From Octopus vulgaris (lineage: Eukaryota), in NCBI GenBank assembly GCA_951406725.2, contig OX597825.1, forward strand, positions 37,634,001 through 37,698,000: a stretch of DNA of 64,000 bases. The letters run 5' to 3'. Each line of letters begins with the position of its first letter. Within the stretch, counting starts at the first letter, position 1. The notes beneath the pieces were generated by a model. It was not told the origin of the DNA. It ran no database searches and saw only the letters and a program-made list of their open reading frames with translations. Positions 1 to 14,699 of this stretch are shown here, in pieces. The position numbers were made by a program, and so were the translations under genes.

Positions 1-169
1 ACACTCGCGCATATACTCACATACACACATACGGCTGCACCAATGCAGCACACAGCCAAACAAATAATAAATAAGCAGCGACACGTGTATGATGTGTACA
101 TATACCTACACTTAGTACATTTACTGTTATATCAACTTATTCATTATAACTTTTCGTATATATATATAT

Positions 170-173
<4 letters not shown>

Positions 174-223
<50 letters not shown>
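174..223. repeat. (GA)n microsatellite
   Basis: Perfect GA run following a short (TA)n; it explains the ERERER ORF. Confidence 0.95.
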
Positions 224-228
<5 letters not shown>

Positions 229-3200
229 AAGAAATGTGTGTGTATTTGTGTTTATGTGTGTACATGTGTATGTACGTATATGTTTCACTAATATACACAT
301 AACTATCTCCCTATAAGTACGCGTGAACTCGAGCAGTTGTTGATTACATCAGTAATTCCTTGGAGTTTTATATGCGAGAAAATCCATGTCTGACCTCTGC
401 AATTCCCCGTTTGTCAAATGAATATTTTGACTCATGATTCTTCTGTTATTTAATCTGTGAGTGGCAGAAATTTGGTCAGTTGGATGCTATATTTTGTACA
501 ATATATTACCTGGCTTCTTCTTTATGCATATGCGCTTATGAACAAGCGTACACACATGCATAGGCAAACGCAACATATGATATGTAAGAATGTACAAAAC
601 CATACATATGTACACATACACACACACTTATAAAGACATGTAAGCGCGCACATACACATATGTATTTATATGGGTGTATATGTGTGTGTGTGTGTGTATA
701 TATACAATAATAGCAATAGCAACTACAACAACAACAACACTAATGATAATAAGCAAGTGTTTCACCTGTTTTTGTTTGTTTTGACACAACAGAACAACTG
801 TGACATCCTATCATAGTGTTCTATTAAATGTTGATATTAGTTAACCTCATTCTAGCAGAAATGCTTAGAATATTTCCGTTATATATTACTTCATATTCTT
901 CTACAATTATTTGTTATATTTTCCGGTCAACGCACATAGGTATTTCCACCACTCTCCAGTTTTTGTAGATTGTTTCATATATTCTGCATGACTTCTTGTG
1001 TTTTTATCAAAGTAAGGCTGTCTTCATCTGTTAAAGTCTTCAACCGCTAATTTGCTTTGATAGATGCGGCTGCAGTGCATATTTACAGGCCCATACAATC
1101 ATATTCGAGCAGACGCACACACGAAAAACATGCAAGTACACATATATGCATGTACAAGTATGTATTCATACACGCACGCATATAAAGGCGCGGGCACACA
1201 AACGTACGTGTGTGTATTTGAGTGGAGGTAGGTGTTTGTATGCTTCTGTGTGAAGGAATTAGTATTCAGTTCATTTTTCTCTCTACATATCTACCGGTTC
1301 TCAGTCTCTTTCTCTTCTCATACACACATGCACAGACACAAATACACATACTGGCGTGCACACGCATATATATGCTACATGGCCAAATGGTTAGATGTTT
1401 CTCATGATCACATTTGTTATCGCTTGATTTCTGCACAGGGTACGTCGTGGTGTCCCTAAGCAAGGTACTTTCATGTTTATTCAATCCAATAAGATGAAAC
1501 GATTATTTATCATTTGATATCTTCGACAGACCCTAGAATGGTTTATGTCTATATATGACTTAATGTTTACATACAATCAATTAACGAAAACATTCTCCTT
1601 CCGCTCGAAGAGAGAAAGAGAGAGAGAGAGTGTGTGAAAGAGAGAGAGTGAGAAAGAGAGAGAGAACGACTAAAAAAGAGGCTGAAGAACAAATAGGGAG
1701 CGAGATGGAGGTCGCGTATTGTATTTCTAAATGTGGTAACCTAGAGAGTGATAAAGAAAATGACGAACTGAGAAAATGAGGGAAAAGAGCAGTATCGTAG
1801 TTGAGCGCGCACTCACATACACACGCACGCACATAGACACACATGCCCACACACAATCGTGCATGTAAACACATACATACACACACATAGTAAAATAAGA
1901 TGACAAAGGAGTAAGCGATTATATTATGAATTTCATTAGGTAACAGTTGTTTCTCCTAGAAGATGCACTTCATATTTGATGCTGCGATGAGGCTATAATG
2001 TGTTACTTAGGCACTCGACTATGAGACCACTGCAACTTATAGCAGAAACAGCTGTTAGTTAGTGAAGGTAATAAGGTAACCTTTTATTCCTTTGTCATCT
2101 TATCTCATTATTGCCACTCTGTACTCGACTAATGTTTTGTTCTGATGCATGTGTATACTGTGTGCTACACTAGGTTTTTAATCTCACAATACCCAAAAGA
2201 AATTAGATGCATATATTAATGTATGTATATCATTATATATGTGTGTCTTTGTGCATGTATATATACCATTCGCACACAAATGCAGATAAACGTGTGTATA
2301 CACGTACCACTTCATCGATCCATCACTGCAGAAGGCCGAGTGAAGAGTTGTGTGTGGTACGTGTGTGTTTGTGTTTGTGTGTGTATAACTGTCCCACCTA
2401 TGTGAGCATGGAAGGCGGACATTAATCGATGATGACGACGATGGTGAAGATGGTGATCATACATATATCAGTTTTAAATTACGACATTTTTATACCTTGA
2501 AAATATATTATTTGACTAATTCTATTTGTCGAGAACATACGTGTTATGGTAGGAGTTTTATAAAGTCCTATTAATTTTAATATATCGACTGTTGATTCTA
2601 AGTTTTGTACACGAGTCATTAATTCCTGATGTAATATTGTCAATTAACAAGTTAATGTATACTTTAAATAATGTAACAAAAGTGTCATTAACCTCAGAAA
2701 CAACTTCGTGCTAATGAAAGAATATTCAACTAAAAAATTAGGATTTGTAAATGTGAGTGGCTCCTAGACACTAGTTATGCATTATCTAATTTAATCTGTG
2801 TGCATTCGCTATATACTATAACAGAGGAGATATAATCTATAAATTTTGTTTTGCTTCCTAATTCTCTTTGAATGTTTCAACTAATATAAACAGAACAAAG
2901 GGAGAAAATAAGTGCTTTACTTGTTCCTTGGGGAAAGTTTAGAGGTTGGTAAGTACACGAAACGTGACAAGGATAGCGTTGAAAAAGGAAACGGATAAGA
3001 AGTGTGAATGAGATTACTATAGAGAGGCTGAAAAGCATGTACCTTACGTTTAACTAAGAAAAAATATGTATAAATGCACATACATGTGTGAAGATATATG
3101 AAACCGATGTAACACATATACAAACACACACATGTATGCAAATATGTATGGATACACATACATGTATCCATACATAGATTCCATTCACTCAATCTATCAT

Positions 3201-3959
3201 CGCTCTTTCACCTAGATGTTAGAATCAAGGACTTCCGCTTCCTATAACTCATTACTCTGTCCAAACCACTGAAACGACCAGCAGCGTTAAGAACAACACT
3301 TTTATCTCTCATCTCTCCGAATTTATCGTCCTCGCTAACTTCTACACTCACATCTCTTGGATTTCATACTCATCTTTTTGCTATCCACATGTCCTTACGG
3401 AAATTTTAACTTGCTAATCTTCTACCTGCATTTCTGACCGACACATAGACACTTCAGAATTCTTGGTCTCTTTCTCACGTAAAACATAATTTCTATCAAA
3501 ACAGAAATGTCACTGGACCTATGGAGTCACCACAAGTACCCAACATGCAGTTAGATCCTTTTGGCTTCTTTATAAAAGTATCGCAGTTATCTTTACCGAG
3601 ACCGTTTTCCCTTCCCTTTTGAACAATGGAGATTCAATAAGCAGCTTCTATACGAAAAATGACTACTTCTACCACTCACTTTCGTCTATCATTATAGTAC
3701 GCACCAATAGTTAATACCCTACACATATAGCATTTTCAAATCCAATGGGCTTCTCTTCTCAAGCATACATATATCTGTGAATATATCTAGCTACTCTGTC
3801 TCTGGCACCCTTATTTGCTCACCCGTATTTGCTTCTACACTCATCAAACACTTTGACATCTCACTTCAGGAACTTATCCTGTCATTTATCAGTAAATTTC
3901 ACTCTCAAAACGAATCACCTCTCGCCCTAATACACTCATTTCAAAGACCTCCAAAATAA

Positions 3960-4990
3960 TGGAGACAACCCTTAGCAATGACGTTCTCAAATACCTAATA
4001 AGGACTCCCTCCTTATTAGCCACCAACATGTGCTCGCGAATACTGAAGAAATGGAAACCTACACTCTTGCTTCAGAGAAATTCAACAAAATGAATGTTGT
4101 TGCTTTGGACATCAGCAAAGGTTTCGACTCTTCGAGTCAATCTCCTATCAAACCTTCTCACTCACAGACTCTACTCGACAATCTTTTCTTAGATCAGTAG
4201 TTTTCTGTTGGGAGCGTTCTCTTTTCTTTCAACCAAGTCAGATGTTTGATAGATTTCGGTTTTATGCTTTACATTTTTCCTTCTATGCCATTATAATCTA
4301 TTTGTCACTATATCCAACAGCACCCGCTTCTATGCACGATATACAGTTCTTCATTCCTCTTTAATTTACCCTGACTGCGTATTAATATCACACAATCTAG
4401 CCATCTCTTTACCAACTAGAAGGGCATCCTCCAATGGAGCCATGCTAATCTTGCATCTTTTAGCAGCAAAAACACTAACATTATACTTATCAATAAAAGA
4501 ACCACACCCTTCTAAACACAGTCGCTCTAAACGTTGGGCCTCAGTATGAACGGGAATTTTTCCTGGTGTAAAACATCGTTAGCATAGCTAGGACAATATC
4601 TCAAAAGACTAATCTTTTTCTTCAAGGCCAGAACATGTTTCAGTCCTCCCCAACCCCAATAACTGTTAACACTCTGCAAAGTCCAGATGTGGACACAGCG
4701 GAGTAATGTTACTGTATACTGAACGGTGCTAGTGTTGTCCGCAAAAACATCTTGGGCCATATTCAGAGAACTGCCACTCGATCATTGACCATTAATCCGT
4801 CACAGACACATTTCAATCTTTAGCTAACAGACGCTATGTTTTTCTGCCGATACAATGATGGCCTCTGATCTTCCTAGCAAGATACTCTCATATCCCGACT
4901 ATTCAGGCACCACAACCTCCTGGGACTGAAGTGGTATCAAAGCCCTCTGCAGAAACCATATGCGCAGTTTGGAATCCTCTCTCTGCTTTT
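3960..4990 (+). mobile_element. Highly decayed CR1/Jockey-like LINE reverse-transcriptase remnant
   Basis: gttgctttggacatcagcaaaggtttcgac (~4098-4127) reads VALDISKGFD, the ALDxxKAFD RT motif. A decayed YADD-like region lies near 4330. Many stops and frameshifts. Confidence 0.55.
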
Positions 4991-5249
4991 ATCTTTCTTT
5001 CAGATGTTTAGTGCAGCATTTTATCAGAAGTAACTACAGGTAAAGGAATTGAAATTACAGGTAGTTATTTTCAACTCTTTCTGATGTCAGGTGTTCCTTA
5101 GCCGTAGTTATAGGGATTACGACTATATATACATAAGGCAAATTATTGCAAGTTAGAGTATTTGAATCAGCACAGTTGTACGTTACGTGAAAGGTTGCGA
5201 GATCATATTTTATAGAGTAATGTAAACAGATATGTCGTCTAAAGGAGAA

Positions 5250-5800
5250 GAGAATTATAAATAAAATAGTCACTAGTTGATTGTTAAGGCATAAAATATA
5301 ATTAAAGGGATCACAAATCAGGTGAGCAAGAAGTAGGAAGTGTATATAGGCAGAACATAACGACCTATGCTTTGAACAGAAGTATTTTAATGAGTTGATG
5401 AAAGCAGGTGGTTATAACCTCTAAAATATCCACGTATGCTTCACAACAACGATCGCATAAAGCTCTCTCACAGTCAGAAGGCATTTCTGTAGTAATAATT
5501 GACCAGATAATATTATAGGCAATGGTGTATGCTTGACATACTATATTTTGATACATATGTGAAGTAGAAGTTATACGTTTTGCCTAAGTGAACCTGCTGA
5601 GATGTAATGAAATTTCATACTTAAACCTAACCGATATATTTTAGTGGTGTTGCGTTGTCTAATATGCAGCACAATTATATATATATATATACAGTAACGG
5701 CTATTCTGAGAGCAATCATCAGCTACCCTACAGTTGCATAATGTTTCAACCAATATAAGTCCGCAATCGTTATTAGTTATATTATTGTCATTATTCCTAT
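5250..5800 (-). mobile_element. Penelope-like element remnant (GIY-YIG C-terminus and possible decayed hammerhead)
   Basis: ORF 5365-5556(-) IIWSII...CDRCCEAYVDILEVITTCFH...ILL resembles the PLE endonuclease tail (WxI...CxLCxxEKxxI...CxH). The minus strand has CTGATGA at ~5716-5722 and GAAA near 5613-5616. Confidence 0.45.
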
Positions 5801-6353
5801 CGATAAACTAGTGCTAAACCAGTGCGAGCTAAGCTTATCAACTTATATATGTCTGTGTCTGTATGTGTGTGTGTGTGCGTGTGTGCATGTGCGCGCGCGT
5901 GCATGTACGTGCGTGTATGGGCGACGTGCGTATGTGGGTGCATGTGTGTGTGTATATGTGTTTATGTGTATGTGCGAGTGTAGAGGAAGGCAGAGTGAAA
6001 GTGTTGAAGCAATAAATATTTCTCACATTCCAAACGAAACAGAAGTGAAAGAAAAATACTTCTGAGTTCCAGGAAAAATGACAGCTCGTGGGTTTTTCAC
6101 AGTTTTCTAAATTCTACAAAATGGAATTTTGTTTGATGGGTGTCAATTAATTTCATACATAGATCTAGAGTTTTAATTAATTATTTGTTTATAGTTTTAT
6201 CAAAAATATTTTCGTATATCTCTTGATAGATGAGAACCTATTTGCGCATTTGCATGTGTGAACTGTGAAATAGTTAGCCCAATCTATCTACTTCATTGCC
6301 TATATTTATATCTATCAAGCAGTCAATCGATCAATCAATCAGTCTATCCACCC

Positions 6354-6354
<1 letters not shown>

Positions 6355-6415
<61 letters not shown>

Positions 6416-6560
6416 ATATATATATATTTTTTTCTATGTATGTATGTATGTATGTATGTATCTATCTATCTATACCTTATACGTACACACACACACACGC
6501 GCGCGCACACACACATACACACAAACACACACACACAAACTCACACACACACACACAAAT

Positions 6561-6630
<70 letters not shown>
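6355..6630. repeat. Compound (TATC)n/(TATG)n/(CA)n microsatellite
   Basis: Directly visible tandem units. Confidence 0.95.
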
Positions 6631-6633
<3 letters not shown>

Positions 6634-7885
6634 GTTTTGAGCCTAACCTAGAAATGGATCTGTTATGTAGCTGAAACAACCTTTTCTGATAAGTACAGTC
6701 TTTTCGGAGTATTCTTGTTCATTTTCATAATTCTGATATTTAAATTTTTTTGTTGCAGATTTTTGAATAAACAAGCTTCGAGTTTACAAGGAAAATGGAG
6801 AAAACTGAGTATCGTGCTGTCATAAAGTACCTTCATTTGAAAGGCATGACTCCATCAGAAATCCATGAAGAAATGGTGAGAATCTTAACAGACAATGCTC
6901 CTTCATATGCATCAGTCAACGCTGAGAAAATGAATTCCAGCGTGGCAGGGAGAGTGTGGAAGATGATTCCAGACCAGGGAGACCTCCAACTGCAACCACA
7001 AAGGACAACCTTGACCTTTCTCTTGGTATGATAATGCAATATCGCCAAATATGTCGTTGGATAGCCGAGAGACTGGGCATCTCAACTGAAAGAGCAGGCA
7101 ACATTGTGACAAAAGAACTTGGGTTCTCAAAGGTTTCTGCAAGGTGGGTCCCTCGTCTTTTGACTCCTGAATAGAAACGCACCAGATGCACTTTGTCCAC
7201 GGGCAATCTGGAGCTGTTTGAAGCCGATAAAGAGAATTTTCTTGCTCATTCCTTTACTATGGACGAAAGTTGGGTTCATTACTACCAGCTTGAAACCAAA
7301 GTACAATCAAAGCTGTGGAAGCCCGCATCTCCAACTAACGCAAAGAAGGCCATGTTCAATCCTTCAGCTGGCAAGGTCATGGCATCCGTTTTTTTTTTTA
7401 TTCTCAAGTTGTCTTGCTGATCGATTACCTTGAAAAGGGCCATACCATGACAGGGCTGTATTATTCTCAACTACGAAAACGCATTTGAGAAGCAATCAAA
7501 GAAAACAAGCCGGGAATGTTCACCAGAGGAGTCCTTTTTCATCACGACAATGCTCCTGCTCACACCTCAGTGGTTGCCATGGCAATAATTCGTGATTGTG
7601 GATACGCACTTGTTCCCCATCCGCCTCTGACTTTCTTCTATTTCCAAAAATGAAAAAGCACTGACTGGTCGCCATTTTGTCACTGACAAAGACGTCATAG
7701 ACGCTGTATGAAGTTTCTTGGAGTCTCAAACAAAAGAGATCTACTATGCCGGGAAAATGGCGCTTCAGCACCGCTGAGGAAAGTGTTCAGCCATCGAGAG
7801 GGTCTATGTTAAAAAATAGATTATCAGAAGTCTTGAACCATGTTTTGTTTTTTTGAGACTCAAGACATTTCATACACCCCTCGTA
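6631..7885 (+). mobile_element. Mariner (Tc1/mariner, DD34D) DNA transposon, non-functional
   Basis: The 3' TIR ...agactcaagacatttcatacacccctcg is followed by TA (7884-7885). The left remnant aaagttttgagcct (6631-6644) matches the inner half of its reverse complement. A transposase pseudogene lies between. Confidence 0.9.
6795..7819 (+). pseudogene. Mariner transposase pseudogene
   Basis: MEKTEYRAVIKYLHLKG, EDDSRPGRP, KVSARWVPRLLT (WVPHEL motif), TMDESWVHYY, SAGKVMASVF and HHDNAPAHTS are spread across frameshifts and stops. Confidence 0.92.
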
Positions 7886-7889
7886 TATG

Positions 7890-8075
7890 TTCCAGTCATT
7901 TGACTGCGACCATGCAGAATCGCCACCTTTAGTCGAACAAATCGACCCCAGAACTTATTCTTTGTAAGCCTGGTACTAATTATATCGATCTCAGTTGCAA
8001 ACCGCTAAGTTACAGGAACATAAACACACCAGCATCGACTGTCAAGAGGTGGAGGGAGAACAAACACAGACATAC
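7890..8075 (-). mobile_element. SINE family A, 3' half
   Basis: cagtcatttgactgcgaccatgc...tttagtcgaacaaatcgacccc...cttattctttgtaagcc matches the full copies at 37345 and 54170. Confidence 0.85.
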
Positions 8076-8108
8076 AAACATATACATGCATATATCATAT
8101 ATATATAC

Positions 8109-8146
<38 letters not shown>

Positions 8147-8298
8147 TATATATATATATATACATGTGATACTTTAGATTAAATATGAACTTTGTGTGTC
8201 TGATTTTGAAAAATAAAAGCATAGAAAAACTACTTTATTTATAGGATGACCCAGTATATAAACATGTATATGTATATATGTGATTCTATATTAATATA

Positions 8299-8351
<53 letters not shown>

Positions 8352-8835
8352 GCTTATATATGAACATCATAATACACCAACATACAGACGCATACATTTT
8401 TGGATACCAATAGGTTCTGATTTCTTGATACGTTTCAAATCATTTCGGCATTCATTATTGACTTTCCTGAGCGCAGGGTTCATAGATGTAGCACAATCAA
8501 GCAACGAGTTGGATAGAATAGTATGTTCCCTCTGGCATCTTTGTACCCGTGGTAGGAAATAATGTTTACGCCAATTTAAAAATATAAAAAAAATTCAATC
8601 AATACTAATATTATCTCATAAGATTAATAATTTTGTATCTCTTTACTCTCCGTTTGTTTCCGAAATTCTCTACCTCTGTCTGCCTGACTGTCTGTCTCTC
8701 CCTCTCCCTCTCTCTCTATATATATATATAGATATACGTAACATTAGGAATGTAGGAATGTGGATGTACATACACACACGCACACATGCATATATATGTA
8801 TGTGTATATATGTGTGGGTGTGTACGTATGTATGG

Positions 8836-8872
<37 letters not shown>

Positions 8873-8884
8873 ATCTCTTATTAT

Positions 8885-9118
8885 TTTACATGTCTCAGTC
8901 ATCTCTTGATTGTGGCCATGTTGGAACACCACCTTCCAGTCGAAGAAATCAAGCCCTGGACTTATTGTTTGTAAGCCTGGTACTTACTCTGTCAGCCTTT
9001 TGCCGAACCGCAAAGGTTACGGGCATATAAACACCCCAAGATCGGTTGTCAAGCGATGGTGGAGGGACAAACACGGACGCAAACACACAAATATATATAT
9101 ATATATATAAATATGCAT

Positions 9119-9180
<62 letters not shown>

Positions 9181-9340
9181 GGCAGGCTTTCATTTTCCGT
9201 CTATCAAATCTACGCACAAGGCTTTGGTAGGCCCTAGGCTATACAAGTGGAGACACTTGCCCAACGTGCCACGCAGTGCGACTGAACGCGAGACAAGTGC
9301 TTTGGAAGCAGGCTTCTAACCACAAAACCACAACTGCACC
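8885..9340 (-). mobile_element. tRNA-derived SINE family A, full length, with internal (CA)/(TA) microsatellite
   Basis: Same body as 54170-54582. The minus-strand head carries A-box-like and B-box-like (GTTCAGTC) motifs. Confidence 0.85.
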
Positions 9341-9362
9341 TATGAATGTATGTATGTATATA

Positions 9363-9396
<34 letters not shown>

Positions 9397-10309
9397 CTAT
9401 AAGTTGATAGCTTGATATAAAGACAGATATGTAGCGATATTGATGAATGTATACAAATGTACATACATATACACATATATGTATACACTCTCTAGCTGTG
9501 TGCATGTGTGGAAGGTTTCCTTATATCTGCACTAATTCGGATTTCAATTAAATTTCTTGTCTCATCCAATGTAATAAGATTTCGGTGCTTCTTCATATTT
9601 CCCATTTACCAATTCGCCAACATTCATCTAGAGAAAGACAGAAGGTAATTTCCTTCTCAATGCACTAGCATTAAACGTGCACCATAAGCAGACACACAGA
9701 CACACATACAGGCGCATATACACACATACAGGCGCACATACACACATACAGGCGCACATACACACGCAAGCACACACGCACATATGTATACACACACTCA
9801 TGGATAATGCATTTATGTACATATATGCATGTATTCATATACGTATATGTTTGTTTATATATATATAATATATATATATAATGTATGTGCATATGTATAC
9901 TTGCACACATACAAGCATACACACACTTATACTTATACATATATATGCATACATGTGTAAGTGTGTGTATGTAAACAATTTGAAATGAATATGATATTGA
10001 AGAAATGATATTAACAGCTATAAAATGAATTAGTCGATATCAGGTGAATACTTCATTAATATTTCTAGAATGTATGCATGTATCACAACCGTTTGCAATT
10101 TTGAAAAAAAAATTCAGAGTAAAAGAATCCTTTCAGTAAATCCATCCGTAATCATTGAGCATCTGACAACTGCGTGTAAACGTTTTTTTTCTTTTCTACA
10201 TAATGTATTTGCTATATTTTGAACGTGAATCATGTAATCCTTTGTTGCCATCTTTACTAACAATAGCAGTCCATTTTACTTGTGTGTGTTTTATACATAT
10301 AATACATAG

Positions 10310-11430
10310 GGGACTCATGGAGTAGTGCCCCTGCCTTCCCGAGCTAGTTTCCCTCCAAATTTCTTTACAATCGTGGTAGATGCCTTGGTCTCAGGCAGTC
10401 TTCGCACTTAAGTGCGTGAAGAATTGAGGAAGAGGAGGCATGGCGCAAGATTTGGCGGGGTCAAGGGAAGAAGGTAGAAGTTGTGGTGGTCGGGAAATGG
10501 CAATAGGTTTGGAGATGTGGTAATTTTGGTGAATGAAAAAATCTGTGAGAAGGCAGTGGAGGTCAGGAGGAGAGTAACTGAGTGATGACAGTAGTATTTG
10601 CATTTGAAGAAGGAGTGGCGAGGGTGATTTGTGGGTATGGTCCGCAAAATGGAACAGAGATCACTGAGAAAGAGCGATTCTTTGGTGAAATGGTGAGTGA
10701 GTGGAACTTACATAATTTAGATGAATTGGTTTTGAGCATGGACATGTTGGGAAATAGCTCTAGGGCTTTGAGGGTGTGCCTAGGGGAAATGGAATTGGGG
10801 AGAGAAATATGGAAGAAAGGATGCTGATGGAGTTTTGTGATGTGAAGGAGTTGTCTGTGGCGGACACATGGCTTAGGAAAACAGAGAAAAGGTGACTTTC
10901 AGTGCAGGAGGGAATGAGTCACAGATAGATTTCCTGTTCGTTTGCATGGAAAACAGAAAGCATCTGAGAGATGTGAAGACAATACCAGAGAAGTTGCAGC
11001 ACAGGTTGATGGTTGCTGACTTGGATAAGAAGAAAGTTAAAAAGTGTGTGACAAAGAGAACGGTTGAGAGGAGGAATGTGTGGAACTGAAGGAAGAAGAC
11101 ATAAGAGCAAAGTTTGAGGAGAACGTTGGGGATTTGGTAAGCATTGATGCACCAGATTTGTGGAAGGGGTACTAAAGGCATGTGAAGAAATGTATGGGAG
11201 GACGAGAGGTAGGAGAGATCGATGAGATACTTGGTAGTGGAACGAGGAGGTGAGGGGTACGATAGCCAGGAAGAATTAGGGGCACAAATTTATGTTATAA
11301 TAGGACTGAGTAAATGAAAGCCTGGTATAATACATTAAGAATCGTGCAAAGAAGGTGGCTTCGAGATCTATGAGGATGGAGGCTGAGGAGAAGCTGATCG
11401 GGCTGGATGATGATAGAGAAGGCATGAAAA
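10310..11430 (+). mobile_element. Decayed RTE-clade LINE (APE endonuclease region)
   Basis: Purine-rich segment with GDVVILVNEK, VICGYGPQ and GNESQIDFL...DVKTIP...QHRLMVADL, matching RTE apurinic-endonuclease motifs. Frameshifted. Confidence 0.75.
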
Positions 11431-12679
11431 AATGGACTGCATATTAATAAATGAAAATATTACTTCTGCTTATGACAACTGTGAAAAATTTGTAAAGTAT
11501 TTTCTATAACTTCTGACCGCAAACCCTCAGTTTTCTCTGTATTGCTGATGAAATTGGTGGAGGCGCATATAAAATAATCAGTTATCAGGGAATGATCTCT
11601 GGTGATGGTGTTCTAAAAATGGATTAGACTAGTGGGTGTGGTCGAGGTATGAATAAGAGGAAGTAATCTAGCTTGGTTGTGGGTGTGTAGGTCACGTATG
11701 TTACAAGGATCTTAAAGGAATGCAGGGGTACATGTACAAAGATTATTTCACATATACATACAACATACACCTACACATACACACATATATACACACGCAC
11801 ACACACACACAACACATACACACATACACACACATACGCACATAGAAAAAACCCACCCAAAATATAGCTAAGTACATAAGCTCAACTTTTAGGTTTTCAT
11901 ACACAGACCATCGCAAAGTATACATTAAAAGTAAAATAAACATGTGGCACACCCACCATAAATACCACCAGCTCAGTCATACAACCGTACCCCTAAATAT
12001 AGTGCTCAGGAACACAATAGCCACCCAAACGCTGATGCAATCATGTAGATCCTTAACTACCTACTCTGTCGCTTTCGCGTGAACGTTATTTTTAACAGTG
12101 ACCTACGCCGAGTGGTATCGAGCATTTTCTAAAGTGTCAAATTGATGAAGAGTGTGCTCGCACCCGAAAGTAAAGTAATACCTAAACTGCAAATTAATAA
12201 CACTTTCAGTTTAAATGTCTAAATTTTGTTAAATACAATATTTGAAAATATATGTCGTCGGTATAGCATACAAATTATTTGCCCAATAATTATCGAATGT
12301 CACATGAAATATTAATCTATAAATCAAATTGAATTGCATTAATTTTTCTCCGCTTTCCCTGACAGAAAACTCTAAACACTAATAATTATGGCGTCAGGAT
12401 CGTTACAGTGTATACGATCCCTGATGACATTGTTTGATAACCTATAATAGCTATATATACATAAATATAGCTTCAAGCATATCGCTAAAGTCACTGTAAA
12501 GAACAAGGATATTGGATCCAGTAATGAAAAGCATTTCAGCCTCATTGTAACCAAATGAACTGAAACAAACTCATAAGGTTCTAAATACAGTATAGATAAC
12601 GTGGGAAGGTAACATGCTAGTGATTTAATCTTCACTAGTAAATAGAAAAGGTAAACATCATTGAACAATGTTTCCTGAT

Positions 12680-12870
12680 TACACGCCGGGCGAAATGCTT
12701 AGCAGTTTTTCGTCTGTCTTTGCATTCTGAGTTAAAATTCCGCCAAGGTCGACTATACCTTTCATTCTTTCGAGGTCGATAAATTAAGTACCAGTTGCAT
12801 ACTGGGATTGATTTAATCGACTGGCCCCCTCCCCCCAAATTTCGGGCCTTGTACCTATATTAGAAAACAA
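12680..12870 (+). mobile_element. tRNA-derived SINE family B (5'-clipped)
   Basis: cacgccgggcgaaatgcttagc...ctgagttaaaattccgcc...cctttcattctttcgaggtcgataaattaagtaccag; same family as 42951-43165. Confidence 0.85.
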
Positions 12871-13170
12871 TATGTTTTCTGATTAAAGGCAATAGCGATA
12901 AATAAAAAAACAATAATAATAAAAATCTGGAAAGAAAATTCAACGTCCAAGCCTGTCAATAAATAATGGGGAATTTAGCCTAACCTCTAAGAGATAGTCT
13001 CGCAACATAGGCTATCGTGAACAAGCATAAATAGTCAGTTAAAACTAAACAGTTTTGCTGCAGATATTTATATATTGGGTCTCGTTTACGTCTTCATAAA
13101 TGTGAAACATTTTTATGACGGACGAGCAATCATCTCCAGGTATATACTTATTTACACATATGTTTTTGTG

Positions 13171-13235
<65 letters not shown>

Positions 13236-14699
13236 GTGTGTGTGTGTATAAATATTTGCGTGTACGTATGTACATATGTATATATCCATCAATGCTGCTA
13301 CATTTCTATGTACAGCTATCTATCTCTTAATCTAATTCTTTCTTTTTTTTTGTATACCGTATCTTACAAAAAGTCGTCTCAGTCTGATAATTTCAATTTT
13401 CTAACTGTGAATTGGCCCTTATAAACATTTAGTTTTCCTTCTTTGATAACGTATGTTGTCTCTCAACAGATTTCGTTCTGAACTACAATCCATGTCCATC
13501 ACCTTTCCCTCCCCCACCTTTCCCTAAACATTAAAACTAAATATCTATGTTTCCAACTCTAAAAACACTCCAGTATTTTACCTTTTAGAGGACATTAATG
13601 ATAACTGGATTGTGCTCAAGTATTTTTATAGTTTCCTCATTCAGATCTGCTAAAAATCTAACATGATGCATATATTGGTGTTTCACATTTTGGCACATTT
13701 TGAAATTTTAACAAAGTATGGATACTATTTGGTAATAGTAAATGATTTTTATATATATTTGTTCGTGGGTTGATACAAGTGAGGAGGACATTAAATGTTG
13801 CATTCCTAAAGCATTGTCAACTCTTACGAAGTTGGATACCAATTAGAAATCGAATTTTAACAGAGAGCTTAAGCGACACTATCAAATTGGAAAGTGTCTT
13901 AAACCAATCCTAGGTCAGCAACACATACGAGGTGCGGATGAAAATGTATGGCACAGTAGAGATGAAATTTCCAACGAAGTGTAAGGATTCCTAAAGATTG
14001 GGAAAATTGTTCCAAACAAGTTAGATGCCAAGCAATTTAAACGGCTTCTTTGTCTAGCGTCTTAGAATACATTTTATTCTCTAACTGCCGAGCTGTAATA
14101 TTAGCTACACACAATTTTCGGGTTAATGTTTGCTCTTGGCACAGTCGCTTTCTTCTTTTAGAATGATACTGACCACATTGGCATTGTATCCGATGTTATA
14201 TGCGACATTGATCCAGTGAGACATCGATTTACATGTCGACACAGACTCCTGTGACTCAGTTCATTACCACCAGTTTCTACAACAAGGATTCATAAATCAA
14301 TACATATAGAAGAGAGTAGAGATGACACACAATAACATTACGACGCTCATTTTAAAATTTGCTCTTAGGTTAGTGTTTCTGAAGAATAATTTAAGTCAAG
14401 TCAACCGAAAAAATTAATTGACGATTGGCAGTCATATTAATAAAATGATAGATATACAAGAAAATATGGACGATGGACTCGATACAGTTATTAATTTTAG
14501 TTATCGCAACTATTGTTACAGTTCTAAGTTCTGAGAATATACATTTATATTTTTTCTTCCTTAATTTCTGTAAACCTATATTGAATGATATATCAGTAGA
14601 ATATAGGTACAACATGGTCTGGTTTTCACGTTGTTTTCATTACTGTATGAAAACAAGATTACAATGTTGACGTATATTAATCATTGTGAAAAATAGTTT

